This document shows, one piece after another, positions 37,101-47,075 of a stretch of 64,000 bases of DNA. How positions within the stretch are numbered: position 1 is the first letter of the stretch; the number at the start of each line of letters is the position of its first letter. The DNA lies in NCBI GenBank assembly GCA_002633005.1, contig NMRA01000014.1:734955-798954 (forward strand). The letters are read 5' to 3'. The notes beneath the pieces are model-generated. The model saw only the letters and a program-made list of their open reading frames with translations. It had not been told where the DNA came from and made no database searches. A program made the position numbers and the translations under genes. Source of the DNA: Phoronis australis (taxonomy: Eukaryota > Animalia > Phoronida).

Positions 37101-40100
37101 CTCACTCACAAAAACGGCTTGGGCACCCAGAATACTCATCTCCGGCCCCGGCCAGCAAACCCGTCTGCGCCACCTGTAAAACGGCTCACGGACTCTTCCC
37201 GAGCCCCCACCCCCTCGGTGCGCGCATGCATTCGATATTAAAACCGCCCCAGTTTGATGTCGTGAGAGAACTCAATGATTGTTTAATGGACAACATTCCA
37301 ACGCGTTGCTTTGTCATTTTTGAGCTCGGATGTCCACTTTCATGAATGGTTTCAGTTTAAAGGAGAATGCCACCCGATTTAATTAGTCTTTTCTACCGTC
37401 TTAATTGGTCTATATCCACATCGCCTCGATACGGTTGACCTTACCTTGCCGAGAGGTGTCACGTTAACCCGTGAGGAAGGTGAGAAACGACGCAGCGACG
37501 TCAGCGGTTCATTTGCTGAGTGAATGCCTCTATGTTGCGGTGCATCGTTCCCGCTTGTCCGAACTATGCAGCTGCGAGGAAAGCGGGTATATCGTTTTTT
37601 CGACTCCCTCGAGAGTCCGAAATGTTTAGGAAGTGGCTCGCGGTAGTGAAGAATGAAAAGTACGCTGTTAATAGCAAGTATGAGGCCGTGAAACATCTCG
37701 TGTCTGTCGCCGGCAGTCGTCGGCAGTGAATCTGACGAATACCGGCTTACCAGAGAACTATCCATGCGTTCCGTTGCCTGTGCATGTTCACGGCGCCTCT
37801 CTAGTTTTTCTTGATCACTGTATTCCGATTGGAACTGATAGCCTGTGAAACTTAACGATCCACCTGCGAAGTCTTCGTCGGATGAGCTCTCGTCTAAGTC
37901 GGGATTGCGAGTTGCCATGATGTTCAGTTGACGTTTATTATTCTGCGTTCTGTTTCAAAATGAATTATTCTCACCCTAACCATTGCTTATATAAAACTGA
38001 AACAAAGCCTGTCTCATTATATTAAATTTATAATGCCTTTGGAGTATTTGTGAGTGAAAATGTTTTGAGAAGCCAGCAATGAATAAACCACTGCGTTACC
38101 GGCTTCAGATGCAATCAGGTAATTGACCGGGCACCGAGGCCGAAAGCTGTTGTGAAACAATAACTCGATTTTATATGCTATGGTCACATGTTAGATATAC
38201 AAATACATTATTCACATCATTGTTACTGTACAACTTTTGCCCTGGCGGTTCTGAGGGCAACTTGACTTCGCGGCCCCCGACAAGTAAGTAGCAGTTTCGT
38301 GGCTAATTCACCAAAATAATTACGTGCACATTATTTCTTTGGCTCACTAGTATAGTCTTTTCGTGACTGGAGGCTTAGTTTCCAACTTAAGCTGGCATAT
38401 GTTCGTGATGTCAAGCTCGGTTGCCGTGACAGGCCTGATCGGGTTCGGAGGCACTGGCTGGGATAACAAGCGTTTTGTGTGTTTAGAACTGAAAAAATCG
38501 CAAGTGTAAAAGTACAACACATAGCTATCTTTCATGTCTATATTTCACGGAAGAATGATTCGAATTTATCACCAAACAGACCCAAACTCTTGTGATAGAC
38601 CATGATAAATTGGCCTACCGAACCTAGGAGTCTACACTCCTTGACCGAACTCTGTAGGCTACCGTACGTTCAAAAATCTATAAATCCGTAACAGTGAAAT
38701 AAAACAACACGTTCGTTCAAGAACTCGATGTGTTTGTGAGGTTTTACATCGAAATTTGATGATTTATTGGTGTAAAACAATGCATTCAAGCGATAAGTTT
38801 GCACCAGTAAGCATGTGGTGAACGGCTGAACAGACTGCGTTCGAACCGATTATGTCATTGGTTAATTTCAACACCTCCATCTGCCGTCAGGTGTCAGGTA
38901 AAACAACTCAACTTGCTGTTATCGAGGGGAACTACTCGATCTAAACTGATAAAAAATAGGTTGTTTATTGGGTGGCATTCTCCTTTAACACATATGCTGA
39001 ACATCTAAGTCATACATTGGTCTACAGCCGTTTTTAGTTTCCAGTAACCGTTGCAACAGATTCCTGTAATGTGGTATTACAATGTTAGTGCTAGTATTTC
39101 TCACGCTGGCCAGGGTGAATTATTTTCGTAATTCCATAAAGAGTTATTATGGTCTAAACGATTTTTTTCTTCTAAAGGCAGAAAACTTAAGGAATTTTCC
39201 CGTTATCCATTAAGTCATATATAAACCTTACACCCTTATCATTCCAAGATTTGAGGAAAAATCGGTTTGTTTTCCGCTTTAATTGACGAAGTGCACGGTA
39301 TGGGTTGATAAACAGCCCTCCTCCCAAAAACGTTACATTTCTCTTGGGTCAGTTTTTTTTTATCAGCTTCACAAGGCTGTTGAGGTTCCCGTACCACTTT
39401 GCAGTCATCACTGGAGCAGCCGTCTCCGGAATCCGCTCTTCTTAATTGTTGAAAATCACATGCTCCTTTAAACAGATTAACAATTTTGAAAACTTTCAAA
39501 TTCAATTGCCAGCAATTACAATGAACGGAGTATTCATGCAACCACGTGTAGTGTACACAAAGCGTTCAGACGAAATGTGTCCAAAGTTCTAGGGATATTT
39601 ATTAATATCGACTGTAATATGTGAAATTAAACGATTCAGTCAAAGCCGGCAATAGACTAGTGTATCCCTGTCGTACACCTCTACTTAAGGTCTATCAAAA
39701 ATCTGTGAACCCATTTTGAAAACAGAAAAGGACTACCAATGTCTCGTCAAAAACTAAAATAAAAGGGGTGCTGCTGTAGTCATATCTGTCCTATCATCAG
39801 TTGCCGTCGGGGAAACTCAGCCACGAACCCGTTAGTCAATTTTTCTCGAAACCTGGCAAGCTATTTCGACAAACAAGGGAAATCCTACCGAATACTAATA
39901 TGGCCAACATGGGGTATTACTGCGGTCAAATCAGTGAAAAAATCCAGTGGTGCCAACGCGTCCCCACCATAAACTCGTGTGTCAAGTTACATCAAAATAG
40001 TGCCTAGTCGTCAGTATGACAGTCGACGGACAAGGAATATTTTGTCGAAAATCAGGGTAGCCAACATGAGGTCTTAGGATAATTGTCTTCTTCTGAAAAG

Positions 40101-43100
40101 AGACTGATGCCGAGAATATTCGCGAAACTCTCCCATTTCAGTCGCTTGATTTTGCGAGGTACACAAGAGGCTAAGTCTACGCAAAGCTCTCTGGGCCTAG
40201 TTCAGTTCACCCTTTTCTCCATTTTTCTCCCAAATGTCCCTCCCATTCTCACATCTGTCTTACATTTTATCACTTTTTGTTTTACAGTTTTTGTGTATTT
40301 TTAAATTTTATTCTATATTTTATTTTTCCGTTGTACTATGTTCTATATAAATATGTAATTCCAGGTGGCAGCTGACCTGACTTAAAACTGTTAGCGAGTA
40401 CTACACTCTCTTATTAAGTTTGTAATAAGCCTATATTTGATTAGCAAAGTTACATTTCCACCCAGTTGCAAATTTGCACTGCAAAATGTTAAATTGCGTG
40501 TAAGCAAGTTTTTCCCACTTATTTGCTGGATGAAAGAGCTTAGCGACACATCTAATCTTGTGCCGAACATAAGAGTGCAATGCTATCTAACTATAATACG
40601 TTTGAGTCGAGCTGACACCTGCATGACTATGACTGAAATTTTTCATGTCAATGACTTTTCGCAATCTGTCGGTAAATGCCGGACACCAAAAGCTTGGTAT
40701 CACCGTGGATACACCGCTGCATGCAACAGTTTGTTTGTTTCCACAGGACCAATTTTGATGATGTGGCTTCATGAAAACCTAATATGACAACAGTACTAGC
40801 TTCTGTGAAATATTATGAACAAGAACATAGAGACTCTATTGCTGTTTTGCGCTTGCAAAGAACTTCCGCCATATTCGCTTTGCACGAGACGGATTTCACA
40901 ACGGTAATTACAGTAGGCGTGGCCAAATTGCGTTGGTCGGAACTGAAGTGACGATTAATCGAAAGGTAATGGAATCGCGATGCGTGAGCGACCGATTTGG
41001 TCTGATGCGCCAAGACTCATTTCTATTTGTCCTCAGGTGTCTTCAAAAGTTACGACTCGCCTTTTTGTTTCTTTTGACGAATATTTACTGAGATCGAAAA
41101 ACAGACAATTTAGAGTCATTCATTAGTTGGAATATTACCATATTTAACAATTTTGTTGCTAAAATTGGTACGAGTGGTAAGTTAAGCGAAACGAAAATAA
41201 TCAAATTCTTCCCGTCAAAAAAGAATTCCTACAACTTTGTGGCGCATCATACCCCTAGTCGGAATTAACCTTCATAGATAGGACGAACAGAAAACATCAA
41301 AACATTCATCGCCACCTAAGGCACAGTCCTGCGATATCTAAGCCTGTTGTTCCTTTCAGTCTAAGAATCCCGAAAAGGACGAGAAGAGATGTTTACGGAA
41401 GTTGCGGCTGATAGCCCAGAGAGAAGGATCAGTAGGTGCCGCTGACGTCAACTCACATTTAGATCTCGACCCAGGCTACTATTTCATTGTTCCCTACAAC
41501 GTTGAACGCGCATGTGGAGAATTTCTCGTTCGCATACTACAGGAGTCAGACGCCGTCCCTAAAAGCAGCTGGTGAGTCAGTCAGAGAACCCCATGTTTGA
41601 ATGAGTGTTGTCTGATAGTGATGTGAAAGGTTTGTTGTGGAAATGTCATTTTGCAAATGCATGATAGAACGGCAAATGACACCAACATCAACTTGGAATG
41701 ACAAGAAGTTTTGCAGCAAAGTATCTTATCGCAGGCGTAGTTGTTGACCGCAGAATAAGGCGGTTGCGACAACAACCTGACTTCCCTAGTGTTGCTCCAG
41801 AGGACAGGGGATTTCCAATGAACGATGACGGCATGTTCTGCTACAGTTAATGCACGCCTTGGCAATGACATCAACCTAAAATAATTACCGATGGCATGCA
41901 CTTTAGTAAAATACCTTGGATTTCCCTATTGCTCCGTCATGTTTTTTTCGGTTAAACTATTTTAATCTAATCACGGTGTTGAGAGGCATAACGAATTACT
42001 TGCATAACGAACATTAGATAATGGCATCTAATCTCGTAATCCATGAGGATACTTTTATTTTATTTCTTTTGCAGTATTATCAGCTAATAGCATCACTGGT
42101 TGAAACGGCAGGCAATCGCCCTCCTTTAATCCATCCGAAGTCTGGATGGAAGTGGCAGTGACACAAATGCGATTGTATGACCCATGAACAATCTTGGTTA
42201 TAATCTTTGAGATATTCGATCTTTCATGAACTTCTCTAAGTGACAACTTTTCCAAAAAATCACTCGAAGTGCTAATGCAAATATTAGTGTTTTAGGGGCC
42301 GAAATGCTAGGTAATATCCGCAAATAGTCGAATTGACAGGTGTGCCAAACGCTTATTAAACTTACCCGTTATTTTTCTAAATAAATATAATAACTAGAAA
42401 AAAATCTGTCCACTTCCATGTTCTCAAGTCTATCACGGTAATGTAGGACCTCATCGACAAGGTGCTACGCACAGACAAGTCTGTGCGTAGCACCTTGTCG
42501 ATAGGTCGGCGCATCTGTTATCATAGGACCTTATCGACAAGTCTGCGGATCTGTTGTGTAGCACCTTATCGAAAAGTGTGCGTATTTGTTATGTAGGACC
42601 TATTCGACAAGTCTTCGTACATGTATCTGTTATAGTGGACCTTATTCACAAGTCTGCGTGTGTCATGTAGGACCTTATCGACAAGTCTGCGTACCTGCTA
42701 TGTGGGACCTTATCGACAGGTATGCACGTGTTATGTAGGACCTTATCGACAGGTATGCGCGCATGTTATGTTGGTCCTTATAGACAAGTTTGTGTATCTG
42801 TTATGTAGTTACCTTATGGAGAGGTCTGCGTTTCTGTTTTGTAATATAGTTACCTTAACGACAGGTGTGCGCATCTATTATGGAGCTTACCGACAGGTCT
42901 CTGCGTATGTTATGTAGTTACCTTATTGACAGGTCTGTGCATCTGTTATGCAGGACCTTATCGACAGGTCTGCGTATCTGTTAAGTATAACCTATCGACA
43001 GGTCTGCTGTATGTTATGTAGGACTTATTCGACAAGTCTGCGTACATGTGTCTGTTATAATGTACCTTATCCACAAGTCTGTGTGTGTGTTATGTAGGAC

Positions 43101-44388
43101 CTTATTCACAAATCTGCGTATTATATGTTTCGTGATAACCAATACGTGAGACATTTTAAAAGCATTCATTTTTGTAGAACGGAACATAGAGCATAGTTCT
43201 GGAAGTTTCATTTGAGTACAATCTGGCATTTCTCTCATATTACATCCCGATATTAGCGAATTTTTGCGTTTTTCTAGTTTTCTATATAATTACCGTTGTT
43301 CAGTCGATCAAAATACACGAGTGAAATCATTTTCAGGAACTTGTGTAAACAGACGTCCGAACCACATAACAATATTTAAAGTTTACACTGAACAAAAAGT
43401 TTGCGCAGTTCAACAAATGCGTCCACGTGACTGTGCAATTCTGTCAGCTGTTCCACAGTTATTCCACTCTGGCTCATGCGTGTATTATAAAGCTAACTAG
43501 TGCATGTCTCAACATGTTTATGATGTGCAGAATATTTTCAATATTCAAATGTTTATACCACTGAATAAATGCCTTATATCTATGACATTCTAACAGGAAG
43601 TGTTTTTCAGTTTACCAGATTCCAGGCACTATACAACATAACCCATGCGCGCAGCCAGGGGGGGGGGGGCTCGGGGGGCTCAAATGAGCCCCCTCATTTG
43701 TCGAAGTGGGCAAAAAGGTCCGCCTCAGAGAAACAAAAAGTCCACGCGAACGTGTCCACAGGAATTCGGCACGTAGGCCTGAACGTAGTGCACCGTTTTT
43801 GTTTTGTTTTTTTTTTTTTGTTTTTTTAGTCCCCGTATTTTTTTCAGCAAAAGGTCCACATACTGAAAAATTCGAGCCCCCCTTTATTTTAGTCTGGGTG
43901 AGCGCATGTAATCTATTACCTGTATCTAACCCCGTATGTCTTCCTTTTAAAACCCATTAAATCTGAATCGTACCAACCATGTACGGTTAAGAAAACAATA
44001 TATTTAACATACGTTTAACATGCATTCTGTTTTGGCAATTTTGTGCTCATCAAAATTTGGGGACATCTTATCTTCCACTGCTTGATGTCAGTGTCTGCAC
44101 AACGTGGTTGCTTCTATTCCTACAAATATTTCGTCACCAACTTCCTAATTCAACGAGGCGGTACCAAAACCGAATTGAAAAAGTAAACGTTTTAAATTAT
44201 GAGCGTCACCATGTTCTGGCATAAACATAAATTTCATACTAGTCTACATGTCGTAACACATTTTAACGTGCATAACACTACAAATTTTGAGATTTCACAA
44301 CAAACGTTGTTTTTTTTTATTCTTAGTTATTCTTAGAAGCATATTGACTTTTGCCTTTGTATTTCCTAGTTCCAGTCTACCAGCATAA
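9912..44388 (+). CDS. Calpain-like pseudo-protease gene (CysPc core + long Ser-rich linker + CBSW/domain III, no PEF domain); spliced, 5'-partial, ~630 aa recovered
   Basis: Exons 9912-10113, 13504-13666, 15313-15523, 20708-20770, 22249-22337, 32541-33259, 35851-36065, 41360-41571 and probably 44370-44388. All have AG/GT boundaries and compatible phases (1,2,0,0,2,1,0,2) giving one open frame. Calpain hallmarks appear in order: GKIRVQLWWFGRWESMTIDDFLP, NEFWGPFLEKALAK, FTG, RLVCVRYPFG, RWMTVDTF, GSWTGVTSGGDRNN..SKNP, VVSLMQ, IGFCVYK, LDPGYYFIVP, GEFLVRI. Confidence 0.88.
10943..12858. mobile_element. Harbinger/PIF-like element with decayed GC-richer interior
   Basis: Inverted ends (ggacccgtttcatga...ttaagacc / ggtcttaa...ttcataaaaggggtc). 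No intact ORF recognised inside. Confidence 0.45.
12888..13042. mobile_element. Harbinger-type MITE (second copy at 46014-46145)
   Basis: Inverted ends gtagagttc.gtaac / gttactgaactctaccc. The core aaaagcaagact..gagatattgccg..tactt is shared with 46014-46145. Confidence 0.6.
13504..13666 (+). CDS. Calpain-like exon (domain IIa)
   Basis: gtag acceptor and AA|gtaatg donor. KIRVQLWWFGRWESMTIDDFLP...SNEFWGPFLEKALAK matches calpain [22 protein letters not shown]...NEFWSALLEKAYAK. Confidence 0.93.
15313..15523 (+). CDS. Calpain-like exon (domain IIa/IIb)
   Basis: tatag acceptor and GTG|gtaaag donor. WSHAYEVIETGDPLKALTMFTGAICEHFSL...ILYKSYLNQSFLVAY matches calpain GSYEALSGG..EDFTGGV.E..L..I.KAL..GSL. 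Confidence 0.88.
15898..16330 (+). mobile_element. Truncated Kolobok-like left end with THAP fragment (ATG 16190)
   Basis: TTAA|AGAC start. MPRCVVYGCSNVSGNGIHLHNFPTDTVVCSAWNRFVSTNR is a THAP N-terminus. No partner end found. Confidence 0.55.
16713..18076 (+). mobile_element. P-element-superfamily DNA transposon spanning an assembly gap
   Basis: ~30-bp TIRs caa(t/g)gagtgta..agtataggagagttcact and a perfect 7-bp TSD GTATTAC (16706-16712, 18077-18083). THAP first exon MGTDAFCSAINCMNSSTKTPDVSFCRFPKDPER|gtaagg at 16822-16919. Confidence 0.85.
17012..17645. other. Assembly gap (N run)
   Basis: 634 N characters. Confidence 1.
19930..20345 (+). repeat. Pyrimidine-rich degenerate ~17-bp tandem repeat
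   Basis: Recurring ccttatgttc(t/c)cccgt. It explains the overlapping Pro/Ser/Leu-rich ORFs. Confidence 0.8.
20708..20770 (+). CDS. Calpain-like exon covering the catalytic His position (Thr here)
   Basis: atttcag acceptor and GTG|gtaagc donor, 63 nt, phase 0/0. DTELDDSVTGDTLYVISSMTV aligns with L-V-K-G-H-A-Y-S-V-T. Confidence 0.72.
20879..21080. mobile_element. Harbinger-type MITE
   Basis: TIR ggcccgttccaa..aa / tt..ttggaacgggcc. A related fragment lies at ~55005-55234. Confidence 0.7.
22249..22337 (+). CDS. Calpain-like exon covering the catalytic Asn position (Tyr here)
   Basis: tatacaag acceptor and AG|gtaggc donor. LPLHGNEMRLVCVRYPFGLIPEHDDQDFKR aligns with G..V.L-I-R-x-R-N-P-W-G. Phase 0 in and phase 2 out fit both neighbours. 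Confidence 0.78.
23160..24530. mobile_element. Non-autonomous PIF/Harbinger element
   Basis: Perfect ~31-bp TIR ggcccggtctccaatctccgtactcagactc, CTG TSD on both sides, and subterminal tactcga/gagta motif arrays. Confidence 0.88.
25076..25925. mobile_element. Crypton-like non-autonomous element (long terminal hairpin plus short subterminal IR)
   Basis: 163-bp imperfect palindrome at 25076-25238, followed by ttataccac with partner gcggtataa at 25917-25925. This resembles invertebrate CryptonV-type elements. Confidence 0.55.
25765..25830 (+). repeat. tRNA-derived (SINE-head-like) fragment with Pol III A and B boxes
   Basis: A box TGGTGTAGTGG (25774-25784) and B box GGTTCGACTCC (25816-25826); no complete cloverleaf. 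Confidence 0.5.
26400..26745 (+). pseudogene. Possible C-terminal tail of a Crypton tyrosine-recombinase-like ORF
   Basis: Thr/Ala-rich tail ending GIFAAAIINGGTFNIFV, a motif seen at the C-termini of Crypton/KCTD1-ZMYM-like recombinases. The catalytic core is not visible. Confidence 0.35.
27290..27845 (-). mobile_element. 5'-truncated Penelope-like retroelement (GIY-YIG endonuclease end plus pLTR region)
   Basis: SLSRQLSMHLQNGAIQDHFLQCHARKITRQEIVENTPIRYVEQDVLRLKVLESLLIAFEKLVLNDQ matches the PLE endonuclease C-half (LSRRLTMH..GAI..H..R..I..NT.I..RL.I.E.L.I...P.LN.Q). A hammerhead motif follows downstream. Confidence 0.8.
27451..27488 (-). ncRNA. Minimal type I hammerhead ribozyme (U3-A8 variant) of the Penelope element
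   Basis: CAC-UUGAGAA-U-GAAACA(agua)UGUUUC-GAAA-UAUC-GUG: 3-bp stem I, perfect 6-bp stem II, palindromic AUAU stem III and AUC cleavage triplet. Confidence 0.72.
27923..28209. mobile_element. CAGTGGCG-type MITE with 5-bp TSD
   Basis: Ends cagtggcgaattt / ggatccacctctg, flanked by GAACT on both sides. A related 5' end is at 58641. Confidence 0.75.
29361..31408 (-). mobile_element. ISL2EU-like element copy B, inserted inverted inside copy A
   Basis: AT|AGACCTAATTCACGCC ... GCGTGAATTAGGTCT|AT. Has a THAP remnant (IPKDVDIRKR..IRRDEGK) near 29500-29570. 29935-30689 is the reverse complement of 28550-29350. Confidence 0.75.
30690..31355. mobile_element. TA-duplicating TIR element inserted in ISL2EU copy B
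   Basis: TA|AGGAGGCACTGAACAGTT ... AACTGTTCAGTGCCACCT|TA. The empty site is visible in copy A. A related inverted fragment lies at ~57510-57760. Confidence 0.8.
31587..32178. mobile_element. IS3EU-like non-autonomous element (TAT..ATA termini, 6-bp TSD)
   Basis: TIR tatg(a/g)tgggccgttg(g/a)ggggaaagtgtcgccg, CTACTG duplicated on both flanks, and many TTACGAGCGTAA/TTACGCCGTAA motifs. Confidence 0.72.
32541..33259 (+). CDS. Calpain-like large exon: end of protease core, ~185-aa Ser-rich linker, start of domain III
   Basis: Strong acceptor (tcctttcacttttgttccag) and G|gtaatt donor. 719 nt open (ORF 32548-33267 in track). Starts GRERWMTVDTFCGCFSGVIVCSL (cf. DGEFWMS..DF...F..LEICNL) and ends KSWNQLLTRHGSWT. 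Confidence 0.88.
35851..36065 (+). CDS. Calpain-like exon (CBSW/domain III, first half)
   Basis: ttacag acceptor and AAG|gttagt donor. GVTSGGDRNNYNSHSKNPRIFFYV...HIVVSLMQDYRH...IGFCVYK matches G.TAGGC.N...F..NPQ..VVALMQK..IGF.VY. Confidence 0.92.
36945..37100 (+). repeat. Short tandem array (gctcacgaacat...ccgcactc)
   Basis: 4-5 degenerate ~30-36-bp units. Lies within a region starting TTAA|AGGTATCGGG (36163), probably an unpaired Kolobok-like end. Confidence 0.55.
37361..38984 (+). mobile_element. Internally deleted Kolobok transposon (THAP on +, KolX N-terminus on -)
   Basis: Perfect TTAA TSD and 15-bp TIR AGGAGAATGCCACCC. THAP MLRCIVPACPNYAAARKAGISFFRLPRESEMFRKWLAVVK at 37532; convergent acidic ORF MATRNPDLDESSSDED..GYQFQSEYSDQE at 37918. 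Confidence 0.85.
41360..41571 (+). CDS. Calpain-like exon (CBSW/domain III, second half)
   Basis: tcctttcag acceptor and TG|gtgagt donor. SKNPEKDEKRCLRKLRLIAQREGSVGAADVNSHLDLDPGYYFIVPYNVERACGEFLVRILQESDAVPKSS matches L.PG.Y.IVP...GDF.LRI. Absent from the ORF track. Confidence 0.9.
42440..43120 (+). repeat. ~35-bp minisatellite (~19 degenerate copies)
   Basis: Unit tgttatgtaggaccttatcgacaagtctgcgtatc. Confidence 0.9.
43644..43908. mobile_element. hAT-like MITE with 5-bp TSD
   Basis: catgcgcgcagccag ... ctgggtgagcgcatg, flanks TAACC/TAATC. Confidence 0.65.
44370..44388 (+). CDS. Probable terminal coding exon of the calpain-like gene (C-SSLPA* or C-LPA*)
   Basis: Good polypyrimidine tract and branch-like sequence (ttgacttttgcctttgtatttcctag). 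A phase-2 join gives Cys then a short tail and TAA. No homology support; other acceptors (e.g. near 43610) are possible. Confidence 0.4.
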
Positions 44389-44898
44389 TGTGAAACAGTT
44401 AAACCAAGTCCTGGCAAGCATTGAAGCTGTGCTTCGCATTGCTTATATTGCTTAACTACGAAATCAAATTGGACCTTTAACTCTCATTGAATCGGTGTCA
44501 TGGTGTTCGATTTGTAGGATTCCATACAGGCAGTGCGTACACGCGCGATTTTTCGGATTTCACACTTTTAAGTAGGTCAACCTCAATAATTCTTAAAGCG
44601 TTTTCTTGAGTAGCTGATGGTTTCGACGTGACTGTTGATAATGGAAAAATAACCATACCTCGATAAGGTATATAGTCCAATTCTATGAGAGTATATAGAC
44701 ATAATTGAATTTCCGTTTTTTATTGGCCAGCTAAACAAGTCGAACTGCAGCCTTAACAAAATTTATTGTGAACAGATTCCACATGTTTGCCTTCGTGGAA
44801 ACCCCGCACCTTTGAGCCGTAAACTAGAACTCGGATTATTTTAGCATCAAAAAATCAAAAACGTTCAATCATACCATTACTGGGGAATCGGAAGGGCT

Positions 44899-45070
44899 TC
44901 AGTACAGTGAGATTAGCGCAGAGTGCACTAGGCGCTCTTTCTGATAACTCTGTGTTGTCGAAATCAGTCCATTTTGGCAAAATGTTATGCCAAGATATTT
45001 GCATCCTGCTGTACTTTTATTTATTTCGCAACCATACGTCCAGCTTTCATGCTGACCTAAAATAATATCA
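44899..45070 (-). pseudogene. LINE reverse-transcriptase thumb-region fragment
   Basis: WTYGCEINKSTAGCKYLGITFCQNG matches the non-LTR RT 'YKYLGI.F..NG' motif. Confidence 0.55.
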
Positions 45071-46723
45071 TTTCCTGAAGACAACGATTTTTGTTTTCGA
45101 CATATATTATTCAGTTGCAAACATAAATCATAGACAATAGACACGAAACTCCGATGTTCTATGCAATTCCCAGACAAAGTGCCACTCCTTTCAGTGCGCA
45201 TTGTGCAAGCCCAAGTTGCCACAATTTGCCCAAATTGTCAGAACCATTTTCGCGAGCCTGCAAATGGCGCAATGGTAGAGAACNNNNNNCCCCCCTCCCG
45301 ACCTTCCCCCATTTGGCGCTATGCGCCTCTACAATCGTGCTTTCCGCGACTGTTTACGAGACAAAATGTTGCCCCCCCCGCCCCTTATGATATCCTAGAT
45401 CCGCCAGATTCACCCACATGGTGGAGAGAGGTGTATACCTGTTCCATTAATATTACTTGTGATACGAGGTTAAAGTGGTTCCAGACAAGGCACCTTCACA
45501 AGATTGTGACAACAAATGTATTTCTTGTCAAAAGTGGTGTCAAGGAAATCAGATCTCTTCACATTTTGAGAAAAAGAGCCAGAAAATGGGACTTATCTCT
45601 CACTTGAATTGTACAGCGACCAATAGTTTCTGGTCTGCAATCAGTCATTGGTTGTTTGCTAAAACGCAATCTACTTAATCTCTGCTCTACAGACGTTTTC
45701 TTTGGCAAATTATACAATTCAGAAACAACCACTTTACTCATCTGTCTGGGAAAATATCACATCTACCGCTTGATTACGCCCGGGTTCTAATTTTGTTGGC
45801 AGATATCGAAATGCGCTCCAGAATTTTCAGTAAATGAATAAAAGTTTTGGTGCCCATCTATAGGGCTTGTGATCTTGCGTAGTTTTCGTGAGAGTGAAGA
45901 AAAGGTGACAAGTCCATTGATATGTCTTCTGCTGGGCCACGTCCAATGAGAACTGTTCTGTGCCCCCTTTACATGAACTTTAGCATGCCCAATGGCGACC
46001 ACACAGGACTGCCTGGGCGGAGTTCAATAACGCTAAGGCCTCTCTAGAAAAGCAAGACTTGGCGAGATATTGCCGTTTACTTCAACACGAGCACGATTTT
46101 GGCTAACTTTTCCTAGCCGTGGGAGAGCTATTGAACTTTACCCAGGTGTCAAGACAAGGACATTTGCACTGCTTTTTCGGTCGCATGAGGGCGCTTCAAT
46201 AGACAATCAAAAAAATTGCTATGATAATGATTCGGCCACAAATGGATAACAATTTGTAATCCATGTGGAGAGGGGGTGTGAATGAAATGGTTTCGAATGA
46301 CAAAAAAGACGGAAAATTTTCCAGGTGATGTATCGTTCCACACATTGGCTTGTGTGATGGAATTTTTAAAGTTGTAAAATTTAAGTGAAATAAACGTTTT
46401 TACATGAATAAAGTAAAATATGATAAAAAAGAGATGAAAAGAGGGAACTAGAAATCAAATAATAGGAAACCCAAACGCAAAAAAGAGGAAACCATCTTAA
46501 GAGGAAAATTGCAAACCCTGATGAAATGTACAAGATGGATGAAAAGCATCCATTCATCAAACGTTGCACCAAATGTCATGTTGAGTGAATAACTTGGGCT
46601 CTAGTGGCCACGATCCATCTGGGAGGATTATCCCCCAGTCAAAAGATTCACTTTTAAGATTTTTGTGCAAGTTGACGTTTCCTAGGCTAATCCTCCATTA
46701 AAAAACATTCATTTTCGCAATTG

Positions 46724-46729
46724 TTTATT
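46724..46729 (-). terminator. Candidate polyadenylation signal (AATAAA) of the cyclophilin gene
   Basis: First minus-strand AATAAA, about 190 nt after the stop codon. Confidence 0.5.
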
Positions 46730-46915
46730 GTTCACGTTAGGTGCCAGTAGAATAGTATATGAAAACACTAACAATTTATCCTCAGTACACAGTTAGCATA
46801 CAAAAGTGAAAAGGATATTAAGCTCATGATTTAGATTGCGCAGGACACCAGACATTGATTATACCCATTATAAGCAAAATAAACTGAAGCAAGCAATTCA
46901 GATCTGGAGATGACT

Positions 46916-47075
46916 TTAACAGGTTCCACAGTCGGTGATTTTCACTTTCTTGGTAGGTTTGCCGGACTGTGTGGAGACTGCCTCAAGTTTCTTGAGTACC
47001 TCTTCGTTCCCAGGGCTCAAGGAGCCAGGACTTGGTCCTTCAAGCCTTCCGAAGACCACATGTTTACCATCCAAC
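46916..47075 (-). CDS. Cyclophilin exon 5 (terminal)
   Basis: LDGKHVVFG...KVKITDCG then TAA; ttgtttaag acceptor. Confidence 0.96.

Noticed and set aside
42440-43120. CRISPR-like regular repeats (also 5781-6072 and 60985-61570)
   Set aside because: Head-to-tail degenerate units with no unique spacers, no cas genes, eukaryotic context: minisatellites.
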